A program made the translations under genes and the position numbers. A DNA stretch of 64,000 bases from the human T2T-CHM13v2.0 reference genome, Homo sapiens, in NCBI RefSeq assembly GCF_009914755.1, contig NC_060927.1; one strand, given 5' to 3'. A model generated the notes under the pieces. That model saw nothing but the letters and a program-made list of their open reading frames with translations. It was not told the origin of the DNA and did no database searches. This document shows positions 48,170-64,000 of the stretch, piece by piece (the stretch's first letter is position 1; the number at the start of each line of letters is the position of its first letter).

Positions 48170-49971
<1,802 letters not shown>

Positions 49972-50056
49972 TCAAACGTACTGTTAAGTGGAAGACTCTG
50001 TTTATGTTGATTTAAATTGGCAAGTCAAACAGTCTGAATGAATGAGATAAATGTAA

Positions 50057-50250
50057 TACAGATTGAGTATCCCTTATCCAAAACACTTGGGACCAGAAAT
50101 GTCTTGGATTTAGAATCTTTCTGGACTTTGGAATATTTGCATTATATTTACTGGTTTAGCAGCCCTCATCTGAAAATCTCTAATCTTAAATGTTCCAGTG
50201 ACATTTTCCTTTGAGCATCATGTCTGCACTCAAAAAACTTTGAAATTTGT
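50057..50250. mobile_element. Tigger4/MER46-like DNA transposon fragment
   Basis: TA-cagattgagtatcccttatccaaaa...ttgggaccagaa terminal sequence. Confidence 0.7.
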
Positions 50251-50876
50251 GGGGTTTTTTTGTTTGTTTTGAGACAAAGTCTCGCTCTGTCACCCAGGCT
50301 AGAGTGCAATGGCATGATCCCGGCTCACTGCAACCTCCGTCTCCCAGGTTCAAGTAGTTCTCCCGCCTCAGCAATGGCCTCCCGGGTTCAAGCGATTTTC
50401 CTGCCTCAGCCTCCTGAGTAGCTGGGATTATGGGTGCGAGCCACCATGCCTGGTGTGGTGGAAATGGAAGTGTGCTATTGTAAGGATCTTATACTATGCA
50501 TGATGTGGTAGTAACATCACTTGAAGGTAGACTGACAAAGTAAAGATGTATGCTATAAACTCTGAGGCAGCCACAAAAATAACACAGCAAAGTGTTGTGA
50601 CTAATAAGCCAACAAAGGAGTAAAAAGAATCACAAAAATACTCAATTCAAAAGAAAGCAAAAAAAAAAAAAAAAAAAGAGGAAAGGGGAACAAAAAATCA
50701 GATGGGACAAATAGAACCCAAATAGCAAGATGGTAGATTTAAACCCAACAATACCAATAATCACAGTAAAGGTAATTGGTCAAAACACCCAGTTAAAAGG
50801 AAGAGACAATTAGACTGCATTTAAAAAGCAAGACCCAACTCTATGCTGACTGTAAGAAATCAGCATTAAATATAAA

Positions 50877-51990
<1,114 letters not shown>

Positions 51991-52191
51991 TAAAATATAC
52001 ATACAAATAGTGTGAAGCTAAAGGAACAGAAAATTATGCACCATGCTAACACTAATCTAAAAAAACTGAAGTGGCTATACTAATATCAGATAAAGTAGAT
52101 TTCAGGACAGAGAATGTTACCAGGGATAAAGAGGGTCATTTCAAAATAATATGTCAATTCATCAAGAGAACATAACAAATAACAATTCTAA

Positions 52192-52610
<419 letters not shown>

Positions 52611-53100
52611 AATCTAGCAATCCTAAAACCTAATAACAGCTTCAAAATACTTGAAGCTAAAATGAATAGAACTACAAGAAGAAATAGACAAATTCACAAT
52701 TAACTTTGAAAATTTCAGCACCCCTCTCTCAATAATTAATAAAACAGGTAGACAGAAATCAATAAGGATAGAGAAGATTTGAACAACACTATCACTGAGT
52801 TGACTCAATAACAGCAGAATCCACGTTCTTTTCAAGTACACATACTCTGGGTCACAAAACAATTCTCAATACATTTAAATGAATTCAAGACACACAAAGT
52901 ATGTTTTCTAACCACAATGGAATTGAATTAGTAGTCAGTATAGAAAGATCTCTGGAAAGTCCCCAAATATTTGAAAACTAAACAATATACTTCTAAATAA
53001 TCCTTGGATCAAAGAGGAAATCAAATAGGAGATTAGAAAGCATTTTGAAAAGAATGAAAATACGACATTTCAGAATTTGTGGGATGCTCAGTACAGATTA

Positions 53101-53934
<834 letters not shown>

Positions 53935-54477
53935 GCCCATGTCTGTGAAAGGAATTGGATTTGAAGTTAAAAGCCTTCCCACAAAGGAAACTCCAGACCT
54001 AGATGGCTTCACTGGAGAATTCTATTGAACATTTAAGGGAGGAATAATACCAAATCTATGAATAAGTGATGCAAAATATTATTTTTATAGTAAAACTGGA
54101 TGTTATAGAGCAGAGTGCAAAATCTGCAGGAATTTTAAGTTTACCCTTAAAATCCTCGGAGGATTCCTTGGAGATATCTTGAGCCTGGGACAGGCAGCTT
54201 TGGGCTCTTACCAGATGCCTGGGGACTCTGTTTCTTCTCTCTCTTGGGGACACCAGGACAAAAGAGGGCAGGACATACTTGGGATCTCTCAGTGGTTGGT
54301 GAGGAAGCTGGGACTGGCCCTCGGGGTGGCTAACCAGGCAGCCCTGGCTCAAGTCTCTGCCTGTCCATCACCCCTATCCCAAATGTGTGTTTAGTACCTT
54401 GAGATCTGGCTTGAGTATTATTTGAGCTATAAAGTGTGCAATCTTCTGTAAGGTAGGGACTGTGACAATATCCTGCC

Positions 54478-54745
54478 TTTTTTTTTTGAGACAGGATCTC
54501 ACTCTGTTGCCCAGGCTGGAGTGCAGTGGCTCAATCATGGCTCATTGCAGCCTTGACCTCCCAACCTCAAGCTCTCCTCCTGAGTAGCTGGGACCACAGG
54601 TGTGCGTCACCACATCCAGCTAATTTTTGTATTTTTTGTAGAAACAGGTCACCCAGGCTGATCTTGAACTCCCAGGCTCAAGCGATCCTCCCACCTTAGC
54701 CTCCCAAAGTATTGGTATTGCAGACATGAGCCACAGTGCCCTGCC
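54478..54745 (-). mobile_element. AluJ
   Basis: Antisense degraded Alu. Confidence 0.88.
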
Positions 54746-55574
54746 AACAATATCTTGTCTTATCAGTGAGGAAGCAGAGGCCCTTCTGATGGGTGGGAGA
54801 TTTGCCTGAGGCCACCCGGGGTTGGAATCTGATTCCCTGTGACTGACCAGGTTCTAGTCCCCTGGCATTCAAGGCTCCGTCTCCCACACTCATTTCATTG
54901 TCCCCTACACCTGCCTTCTAGTCAAACTAGATGTTTGCTGTTACCCAAATAGGACTCCTCCTGGAATGGGTACCCCAACTCCAACCCCAGCCCCCCACAG
55001 CTCACTCTCAGACCCCCAGTCCACACCTGAAGCCTCGGCTTGGATGCCCTCTCCTCCCAGGAGCCTTTCCTGACCCCCCTTCCCACCATACCATCCAGCC
55101 CTCTCTTTCCCATCTTGGGTCACCATTCTTCCTATTGCCAAACCAACTTTTGTTTTCCTCAGTCCTAAGCATTCGGGCACCAACTCAGACTGGGGGGTGG
55201 TGGGTAGGCAGAAGAGGAAGTGAGAGAGACCATTGAGGAACTAAGAGGAGCTGGGCCAGAGCTGGGCCAGAGCTGGGGTCTGGGAAGTGAGGAGGAGAAG
55301 ATTTGAGATGAGGCTGGAAAGGGTCAGAAAAGGCTTCATCCACTGGCAGCCATGTGTGAGTGGGGATGTGTGAGCAGAAGAGCCATTGTGTCAGGTTCTA
55401 GAAGTTTCTGTGGGGCTGCTGTGTAGAGAATGAGCAGGGAGAGCAGGGAGATCAAGAGGCAACTGGGAGGCCATTGACTGCTCCCTCTCAGGAGAGATGA
55501 TGGAGGTCTGGACCAGGATGAGGGCAGAAGGTGGCACGTTTGGGATCATTTAGGAAGTAAAACCACCAAAGGCT

Positions 55575-56165
<591 letters not shown>

Positions 56166-56168
56166 GCA

Positions 56169-56800
<632 letters not shown>

Positions 56801-57347
56801 AGGAAAAAGTAAAATCAATGAACTCCGGTGTCATTGGAAGAGAGCCCTGCCTAGTCTCACAGGGAGTGAGCCTGACATCTTTGTCCCAGCATGTACCTTG
56901 CAGTTTCAGTTGTGTGTGACAACGACCAGGAGGCACTGCTGCAGCCAGGATCTCTGGTCCATGAGTCCATCCCTCCCCAGCCCTACAGGTGGCGCTGCAG
57001 GCTTCTCTTCCATGCAGGCCACTACCGCCTGCAAAGCAATGCAACGTGGGCCTGTGAGGATGAATGGACAGGCAATTGCTGAGATCTATGTTGCAGAGAT
57101 CAGCTCAAATGAAATTCCTGGTGGGGTGGAAATGTCAAAGCCCTTTACCCCCCACCCCTGGGGAACCTGGGCTCAAGCATGTGCAGAGGTCTCTGCTTGT
57201 CTCCAATTAAACTCTTAAAGGGATAAAGCGGCTTATCCAGTTCGGGGATTTCTCAGTCTTTTAGACATACAGGAGTGGAGATGGAAACTTCCAGAATTTA
57301 AAGTGTGGTGTATGGATGGGAAGTTTTTGTTAAAACTCTGGTCAGTA

Positions 57348-57725
57348 GGCCGGACGCAGCAGCTCACACCTGTAATCCGAGCACTTTGGGAGGCCAAGAC
57401 TGGTGGATTGCTTGAGCTCACGAGTTCGAGACCAGCCTGAGCAACATGGGGAGACCCTGTGTATACAAAGAATACAAAAATTAGCTGGGTGTGGTGGTGC
57501 ACACCTGTAGACCGAGCTTACTCGGGGTGACCCTGTGTATACAAAGAATACAAAAATTAGCTGGGTGTGGTGGTCCACACCTGTAGACCCAGCTTACTCA
57601 GGGCTGAGGTGGGAGGTTCACTTGAGCCCTGGAGCCGAGGCTGCAGTGAGCCAAGATCACACCACAGCACTCCAGCCTGAGCCACAAAGTGAGACCCTGT
57701 CTCAAACAAACAAACAAAACAAAAA
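57348..57725 (+). mobile_element. AluJ with internal 76-bp tandem duplication
   Basis: Flanked by aaaactct direct repeats. Confidence 0.88.
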
Positions 57726-58025
57726 CTCTCTGGTTGGTTGTCCCTTCCTCCTGTGAAAACATGTGAAAAACATACGTATAGAATGTTCAGATCTGAAATC
57801 ACTAAAAACATAAAAACATACCACGTACAACTTGCTGTACTAATTAAGACTACCTGAGGTACTTTGATGAAGACTTGAGGCAGAAACCCACATTTGCCAG
57901 TGTTGGAAACTTTGTTGTTGTTGGGAGGTGAGACCCAGATCAAGGAGGGGGATTGGGGTTTTCTCCTGCCCTGGACCTGGACGTGTGTGGAGGGGTGCTC
58001 AGTGGCCTGCTGATGGGTTTCTGCT

Positions 58026-58650
58026 TTTTTTTTTTTTTTTTTGAGACAGTCTCGCTCTGTCGCCCAGGCTGGAGTGCAGTGATGCCATCTTAGTTCACTG
58101 CAACCTCCACCTCCCAGGTTCAAGTGATTCTTGTGCCTCAGCCTCCTGAGTAGCTGGGATTACAGGTGCACACCACCATGCCTGGCTAATTTTTGTATGT
58201 TTAGTAGAGACGTGGTTTCACCATGTTGGTCAAGCTGGTCTCAAACTCCTGACCTCAGGTGATCCACCTGCCTCGGCCTCCTAAAGTGTTGGGATTACGG
58301 GTGTGAGCTACTACACCCGGCCTCTGCTCCCTTTTTAAAGAACCCTCCTTCTTTCTAGCTTTTATTTATTTTTTGAGACAGGATCTTGCTGTTGCCCTGG
58401 CTGGAGTGCAGAGGTGTGCTCACAGCTCCCTGCAACCTCCATTTCCCAGGCTCAAGTGATCCTCCTACCTCAGCCTCCTGAGTAGCTGAGACCACAGGTG
58501 CATGCTGCTGCCTAGCTAATTTTCGTATTTTGTGTAGAGATGGGGTTTCTCCATGATGTCAGGCTGGTCTTGAACTCCTGGGCAAAAGTGATCCTCCTGC
58601 CTTGGCCTCCAAAGTGCTGGGATTACAGACATGAGCCACTGCACCCAGCC
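58026..58650 (-). mobile_element. Two antisense Alus (S and J types)
   Basis: Alu consensus, T tails. Confidence 0.9.
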
Positions 58651-58769
58651 CCCTCTTCTCATTTAAATCTCAAGATAGTTTCATTTTTCTCTTATACTTC
58701 AAGTTCCGACATCCAGAATAGTGTGCCCCTGGGAGAGAAGTGAACTGTGAACTTGGCAGATTTGAGGGC

Positions 58770-59141
58770 TGCTATGGACTGAGCTGTGGCCCCCAACCAA
58801 ACCCAAATTCATAATTTGAAGCTCTAACCCCTAATGTGACTGTATTTGGAGACAGGTTCTGTAAAAAGTTAACTAAGGTTAAACGAGGTCCTAAGGGTGA
58901 AGCCCTGATCTGATGGGATTAGTGTCCTTATACTATAAGACGCACCAGAGAGGGCTCGATCTTCCTGCCCCCAGCACACACAGAGGCAAGGCCACCTGCA
59001 AGCCCAGAAGAGAGCCTTGCTGGAAACTGAAGGGGCAACATCTTGATTTTGGACTTCCCAGCCTCTAGCACAGTGAGAAGCACACTTCTGTTATTTGAGC
59101 AACCCAGCCTATGGTACTGTCTCATGGCAGCTTGAGCTGAC
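58770..59141 (+). mobile_element. MLT1-type MaLR LTR
   Basis: tgctatggactga...ggacttcccagcctctag...ctatggta...atggcagc. Confidence 0.8.
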
Positions 59142-59879
59142 TGGGGCTTCGGCAGCTTTCAGGCCCAGGCTGTGGGGCAGCGGCAGGACCCCGGACCCTA
59201 GGGCAGCCCTTTCCTGTCTTGCCAGCTGAACCAGGAACAAAGGGCTCATTCTTCCCAAGGTTGTGCCTGACCTAGAATAAACCACCAAAACCAGCGTGAA
59301 TACAGGCCCTGGGTGTCCAACCTGGGTTGCCAGCACCCCCTGGGCCCAACTCAGAAACTTTCCTCATCTTGCCCTTAGGGCCATGTCTGGGCAACCCCCC
59401 TTCTCTGGAGTGAAGACTGGGGTAGGAGACGTAGCTTTGGGTCCTCCCTGAGCAGGGGAAGGAGCCTGTAGTCAGCAACATTATGTTCTGCTGTGCTGTT
59501 CCTTTCCCCATTTTCTGTGTGTTGGTGTTTTCATGATTCATACTGCAGATCCGTGTGTCCGTAAAACCCAATCCCTGAGCGTCGGTTTCTGGAATCCCAC
59601 CCAGCGCAGTGGCCAACAGCCTTCACCCTCCTCTCCCCTCTTCCTCCTCCCAAAGAGGACCAGCGAGGACACATGGGCCCCAGGTCCTGCAGGCAGAGCC
59701 TCGCCCTTGAGGTGGGAAAGCAGGACAAGCTGTTTGAAGTGGTTTTTTCCCTTCATGGCAGGACCCAGATCCTGCCCTACACACACCCATCTTGGGAGGG
59801 GACCTTTGGTGGGAGCAAGGGGACAGCTGTGATCCCAGCTCTGCAGCAAGAGGCATCTGTGTGGCCCTCAGCAGAGGAC

Positions 59880-60030
59880 TGATAGAGGGTTCCTTTTGGG
59901 GATGATGGAAATATTTTGGAATTGACTGTGGCATTGTTGCACAACTTGGTGAATATATTAAAACCCACTGAATAATATACTTCAAATAGGTGAACTGTGT
60001 GCTATGTGAATTATATCACAGTGAAGCTGA
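59880..60030 (+). mobile_element. L1MB/ME 3' end fragment
   Basis: ttttggggatgatggaaatattttggaa...gtgaatatattaaaacccactgaa. Confidence 0.75.
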
Positions 60031-61635
60031 TAACCAACAGGTCAGGGCTGTGTCAAGGACAGTTATGATCAAGTTGAACAGCTGTGTGCTGGGCCACCAC
60101 CCCTGAGAGCCAGGCCCCGACTGCCCAGCATGGGCTGCTACGGGCAGAAGTCTGTGCTTCCTAAATGTCTGTAGTCACACAACGCACAGTGACAAAGGCG
60201 CCCCCCAGCCAGGTGGCCCTGCCTGTGAACGGTTAGGAATTCCAACTTCTTCTGAGCCCGTATCTGCCTAGCAGTGTTCTAAAGGCATTAACACTTCTCT
60301 TATTTCATTCTCACAACAGCCTTGTGAGGCCGTCATGATTCCCACTGAACAAATGAGGAAACTGAGGCTTGGGGAGAGGACTGCCCCATGTACTGAGCAG
60401 AGGGTGGTGGGGGTGGTTTTGGTCTGGGGAGTTTGCCCCCAGCCCTGCCCGCCCCTATCAGGCTCAGCTGTCACAGCCTTTGCCCAAGTGGGTAGGGACG
60501 TGAGGGGTCACCAGCACGCCCTCCTTGCAGCTGCATCCCGGCTCCTGGCTGTGTGGATTGTAGCCTCAGCATCCCCTTTACCAGCAGGGGTGGGAGGGGC
60601 TTTCCCTGGTGCCAGGAAAGTTTGTCCTAGGCTGCTGGGGGGCCATGCTGCCCTCCTGCTCAGCTGTCTATGCCATGAGGCACCGCCAGGCCTTGCTAGC
60701 TGACAGGTCAGGCCACACCAGCCTCCAGTCAGGCCTCAGGCACTGTCTTGGCTTCCCGTATTTCCTGAGCAGGGGCTGAGGGAGAAATGACAAGTTCGTC
60801 AGGCTCCCATGAGGACCCAGTGATGGCCTCCAGCACACTCCGCACCAAGCACGCCCTACACTAAGCACATTATACTCTAAGTCTTCTCGCCAAAAAGGAG
60901 GCAGAGTTTTTCAGCTCACTATGGCCTGGGATTCCTGAATGTCCCAGCTTCCTGTAGCCTTGATGTCCCCGGACTGGGTCTGGGTGACTGGGTCAGGGTT
61001 CTTGACTCTCCTCCCTCATCCTGCCCAGGCCCCGGCGCCTGCTGCCCAGGCTCTCGTCTTCTTCTTCACAAGCTGTGTGGGCCTGGGAGAGGCCAGGCAG
61101 GCTGGAGGTGAGGGCAGCTGCCCCTCCTGTCCCTCTACTTTGGGTTAGCCAGGCCTCCCAGGTCCTTGGGGCATGGCTAGCCAGTGTAGATGGGCTCACC
61201 AGGCTGCTGGCTGGGCCTGTGCCTATGGCTCAGGTGTCCTTGTCCCAGTATTTGCCTCTAGATTCTCTGCAGGGGCCTGTGGGCTCTGGAGACGCACAGG
61301 ACCTGAGCCCCAGGCTGTTCCCATCATCCTATGGGACCAGGGCCCTCCTGGGAGCCTACTGCATGATTCCTCTTTTGAGGGCCCTAGGGGCAGTAGGGTA
61401 CAGAAGGTGGGATCTCTAGACTCACAGAGACCCAGGTTCCAATCCCAGGTCTGCCCTCAACACACTGGTGAACAGGCATCAGCCCAGGGCACCCCCCTGG
61501 GACCAAACCACATCACCCCATGCCTGGTCCCTCTGGAATTGGTGTTGAGGCAAACACAGGCACAGCCTCTGGCACTGCTAGACCTGGCTGGGTAGCTAAG
61601 TGGGGGGGCAATTGCCTGACCTTGGCTTTGACAGG

Positions 61636-61641
61636 TTTATT
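61636..61641 (-). terminator. TKT distal poly(A) signal AATAAA
   Basis: First canonical hexamer I could find on the - strand after the stop, ~1 kb downstream. Confidence 0.6.
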
Positions 61642-62548
61642 CTCTCCAGACGGTCAGGAGGACAGGTGGACGTGTCCACAAATGTGTCTCATCCTCGCAA
61701 CAGCTCTGAGGATTTCCTGGGGACTCCACCAGTGGCCGGGGCACCCAGCCCTCCTCCCCCAGCACTAGTTTGTTCTTGGCCAGTATAAGGTTTTGCACAG
61801 TTGACCTTATAAGCAGGGCTGACCCCAGCTGAGCCCGAGCAGCAGGGGGAGAAATCCACTGTGGTCAGCAGTGTGAGGGCAGTCACCTAGGAACAGCAGA
61901 GCAGGTCGGGGCTGGAGCTTGGGACTGCAGAATTCTGTGTGACATCAGAAGCTCCTGGGCCAGTTGTCACATGGAGTCCCAGGCCCCATTGGCAAGACCC
62001 AGAAATCTGCATTTTAACAAGTTGAGGGGGACAGTTCCACACTTGGGATTGAGGACCTCTCATGCCATCCTGAGGGTCCCTTTTCCCCCAGGACGAAGGC
62101 TGCCCTGTCTCTGCTTCTCTGAGATGCCTAGTTAAAAGGATATGACAAGGACGAGGGACAACAAGCAAGTGAACCTCCCTATCCCAGGAGACCTGACTGC
62201 AAGGCTGTGGGGACTTGGGGCGGCCCTGAGAGTGCCTGGTCAGCTTCCAGACTGACGCAGTTCCCCAGCCCGCTCAGGGCCAGGTGGACTGAGGTCACAA
62301 TGAGGGATGTAGGTCTCAGCCTCTCAGCTAGAAGGCAGGTTGCAGTCAAATGTCACCTGGTGATGAATGGGAGGCAGCGATAGTTCTGGAGGTTGAGGGC
62401 AGTTGCAGGTGATTCCAAGGGGACTTGGGACACCCAGGTCCTGGCCCAGGACCAAGGACACCAGCCTCCCTAGCGCACCCTCCACGCTTCTTTCCCAGAA
62501 CCTGCACTGGCTGCAAACACATCAAAAAAGAAAACATTTCAGGGCCAA

Positions 62549-62572
62549 TTCATTTTTCTCAAAACATATATT
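62549..62572 (-). terminator. TKT proximal non-canonical poly(A) signals (AATATA, AATGAA)
   Basis: Variant hexamers ~90-105 nt after the stop, TGTA upstream, strong U/GU-rich element downstream (62516-62536). Confidence 0.6.
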
Positions 62573-62656
62573 TACCCCTCCTCTCAGTACATCTTTGAGC
62601 ACCTTTCCCAGAATCTCAGGAATGTATAGACCCCCGCCCCACACTTCATACCCGCC

Positions 62657-62832
62657 CTAGGCCTTGGTGATGAGGCCCCTCACAGCTTGTGCAATGGCAT
62701 CCCTGTCGATACCAAACATCTTCAGCAGCTCAGCTGGCTTCCCACTTCTTGGTACCCGGTTAACTGCCAGGTGGGTGACAGTGATGCCAGGCTCGCCCAC
62801 TACTGCACTGGACACAGCCTCACCAATGCCAC
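62657..62832 (-). CDS. TKT: Transketolase last exon, coding part (C-terminus and stop)
   Basis: ttctag| [60 protein letters not shown]. Confidence 0.97.
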
Positions 62833-62983
62833 CTAGAAATGAAAGGAGGGGAGTCAGAAGACGAGGCCTCAGGGTGAGCAGTGGTGGGCCCAGCCCTCTG
62901 TCAGCCTTAGTCAAGGATGGAGGAGGCTGCATATGCACCGCCTTTCTCCACCTGTAGCCATGAGCCCATCACATAACTCATTG

Positions 62984-63122
62984 TTTTTTTTTTATTTTAA
63001 AGAGACAGACAGGTATCACCATGTTGCCCAGGCTGGTCTCCCAACTCCTGAGCTCAAGAAATCCGCTGTCCTCAGCCTCCCAAAGTGCTGGGATTGCAGG
63101 TGTGAGCCACCATGCATGGCCC
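62984..63122 (-). mobile_element. Alu monomer in the last TKT intron
   Basis: ttgcccaggctggtctc...cccaaagtgctgggatt. Confidence 0.85.
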
Positions 63123-63657
63123 AGAACTATTTTTATAAGCCCAAATATGGCCTCTAAATGTTTGTTTCAAACACCATTGTTGGTGACCAGCCAGCCACTG
63201 TCCATAGTCCGATTATCTACATTTGACCCCAGAGTCAAAGCCCATCTCTCCCACTGGGGCCTCCTACTTAGAGAGGCTGGTGTGTACTTAGGGAGCCTGC
63301 TGTGTGAAGGACTCACAAATACCAGAAATTCTGCATTGCTTCCCAAGCTGCACCATAGCTTCCACCCTACACTACCTCAGGGACGCCACCATCCACCATT
63401 TAGCAGCGAGGTTGGAATCCTCACCAGCTTCCTGGGCAGCAGGAGCTCCACAGAGCTCATCAGCAGCTGTGAGTTAGCTAGGTCCCCAGGCCAAGCCTGA
63501 GGCCTGTTAAGAGACCACGTCCCAGCTGCTCTGAGGGACAGCTCTGGGTGTTCTGGGCCACAGCTGCCCTCCTGGGGCTCAGATAGAAGAGGCACGTCCA
63601 ACGCTCGGCTCTCTGGCCCTGTCCCTTGCCCAGCCTGCCTGCCCCAGGCCTCCTTAC

Positions 63658-63780
63658 CTTCATAATAATGGTCCTCCACGGTGAGGATCCTGCCCTTGGT
63701 GGCACGAGCGCTGTCGAGAATGAGTTTTCTGTCCAGGGGCTTGATGGTGAAGGGGTCCAGCACGCGGATGTTGATCTTTT
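63658..63780 (-). CDS. TKT: Transketolase penultimate exon
   Basis: tcacag| [41 protein letters not shown]|gtaagg; phase matches the last exon. Confidence 0.97.
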
Positions 63781-64000
63781 CTGTGAGGCAGAGCACACGG
63801 CGTGGCTGAGGGGAGGGCTGGGCACCACTATCTGCCCTGGTGGGGGCCTGGTGGGACATCCTGAGGGCTGCGTGTAGCTAAGAGCTCAGCCTGCGGGCCT
63901 GTCCGTGTCCCAGGGAGAACCACTTGCCACCTCGTTCCCATGGCTGAGCTCATGCTTGCCAACCCCTTGCACTGGGGCATCTGGTCCAGCTGTGTTGCCC

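Overview
Primate DNA, almost certainly human chr3p21 (Alu-rich). The left half holds nearly all of PRKCD (protein kinase C delta) on the + strand: one non-coding 5' exon (2012-2123), then 17 coding exons from ATG 15330 to TGA 29145. All junctions are GT-AG and the coding exons sum to 2031 nt (676 aa plus stop). The poly(A) signal is at 29575. The promoter and first exon lie upstream of the window; exon numbers below assume exactly one such upstream exon. The last two exons and 3'UTR of TKT (transketolase) enter on the - strand at the right end, convergent with PRKCD. The ~32 kb between them is mostly repeats (Alu, old L1, THE1/MST/MLT, LTR8-like and MER41/66-like LTRs, MADE1, MER58, Tigger) plus a small CpG-rich patch with a near-consensus CTCF motif. 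I found no additional protein-coding gene; most of the ORF track is noise. No new biological system is demonstrated. The best hypotheses are: (1) PRKCD exons 8-9 form a 216-nt phase-symmetric C1-domain cassette between inverted Alus, so skipping gives one intact hybrid C1 domain and back-splicing gives a stop-free circle encoding tandem C1 domains; (2) a polyadenylated, TSD-flanked retrocopy of an ERV LTR R region; (3) a ~5.8 kb block that appears to have been inserted into an old L1; (4) several abnormal Alu structures; (5) divergent CTCF motifs and NRF2/AP-1 elements between the two genes. Repeat subfamily names are from memory of consensus sequences and repeat boundaries are approximate.
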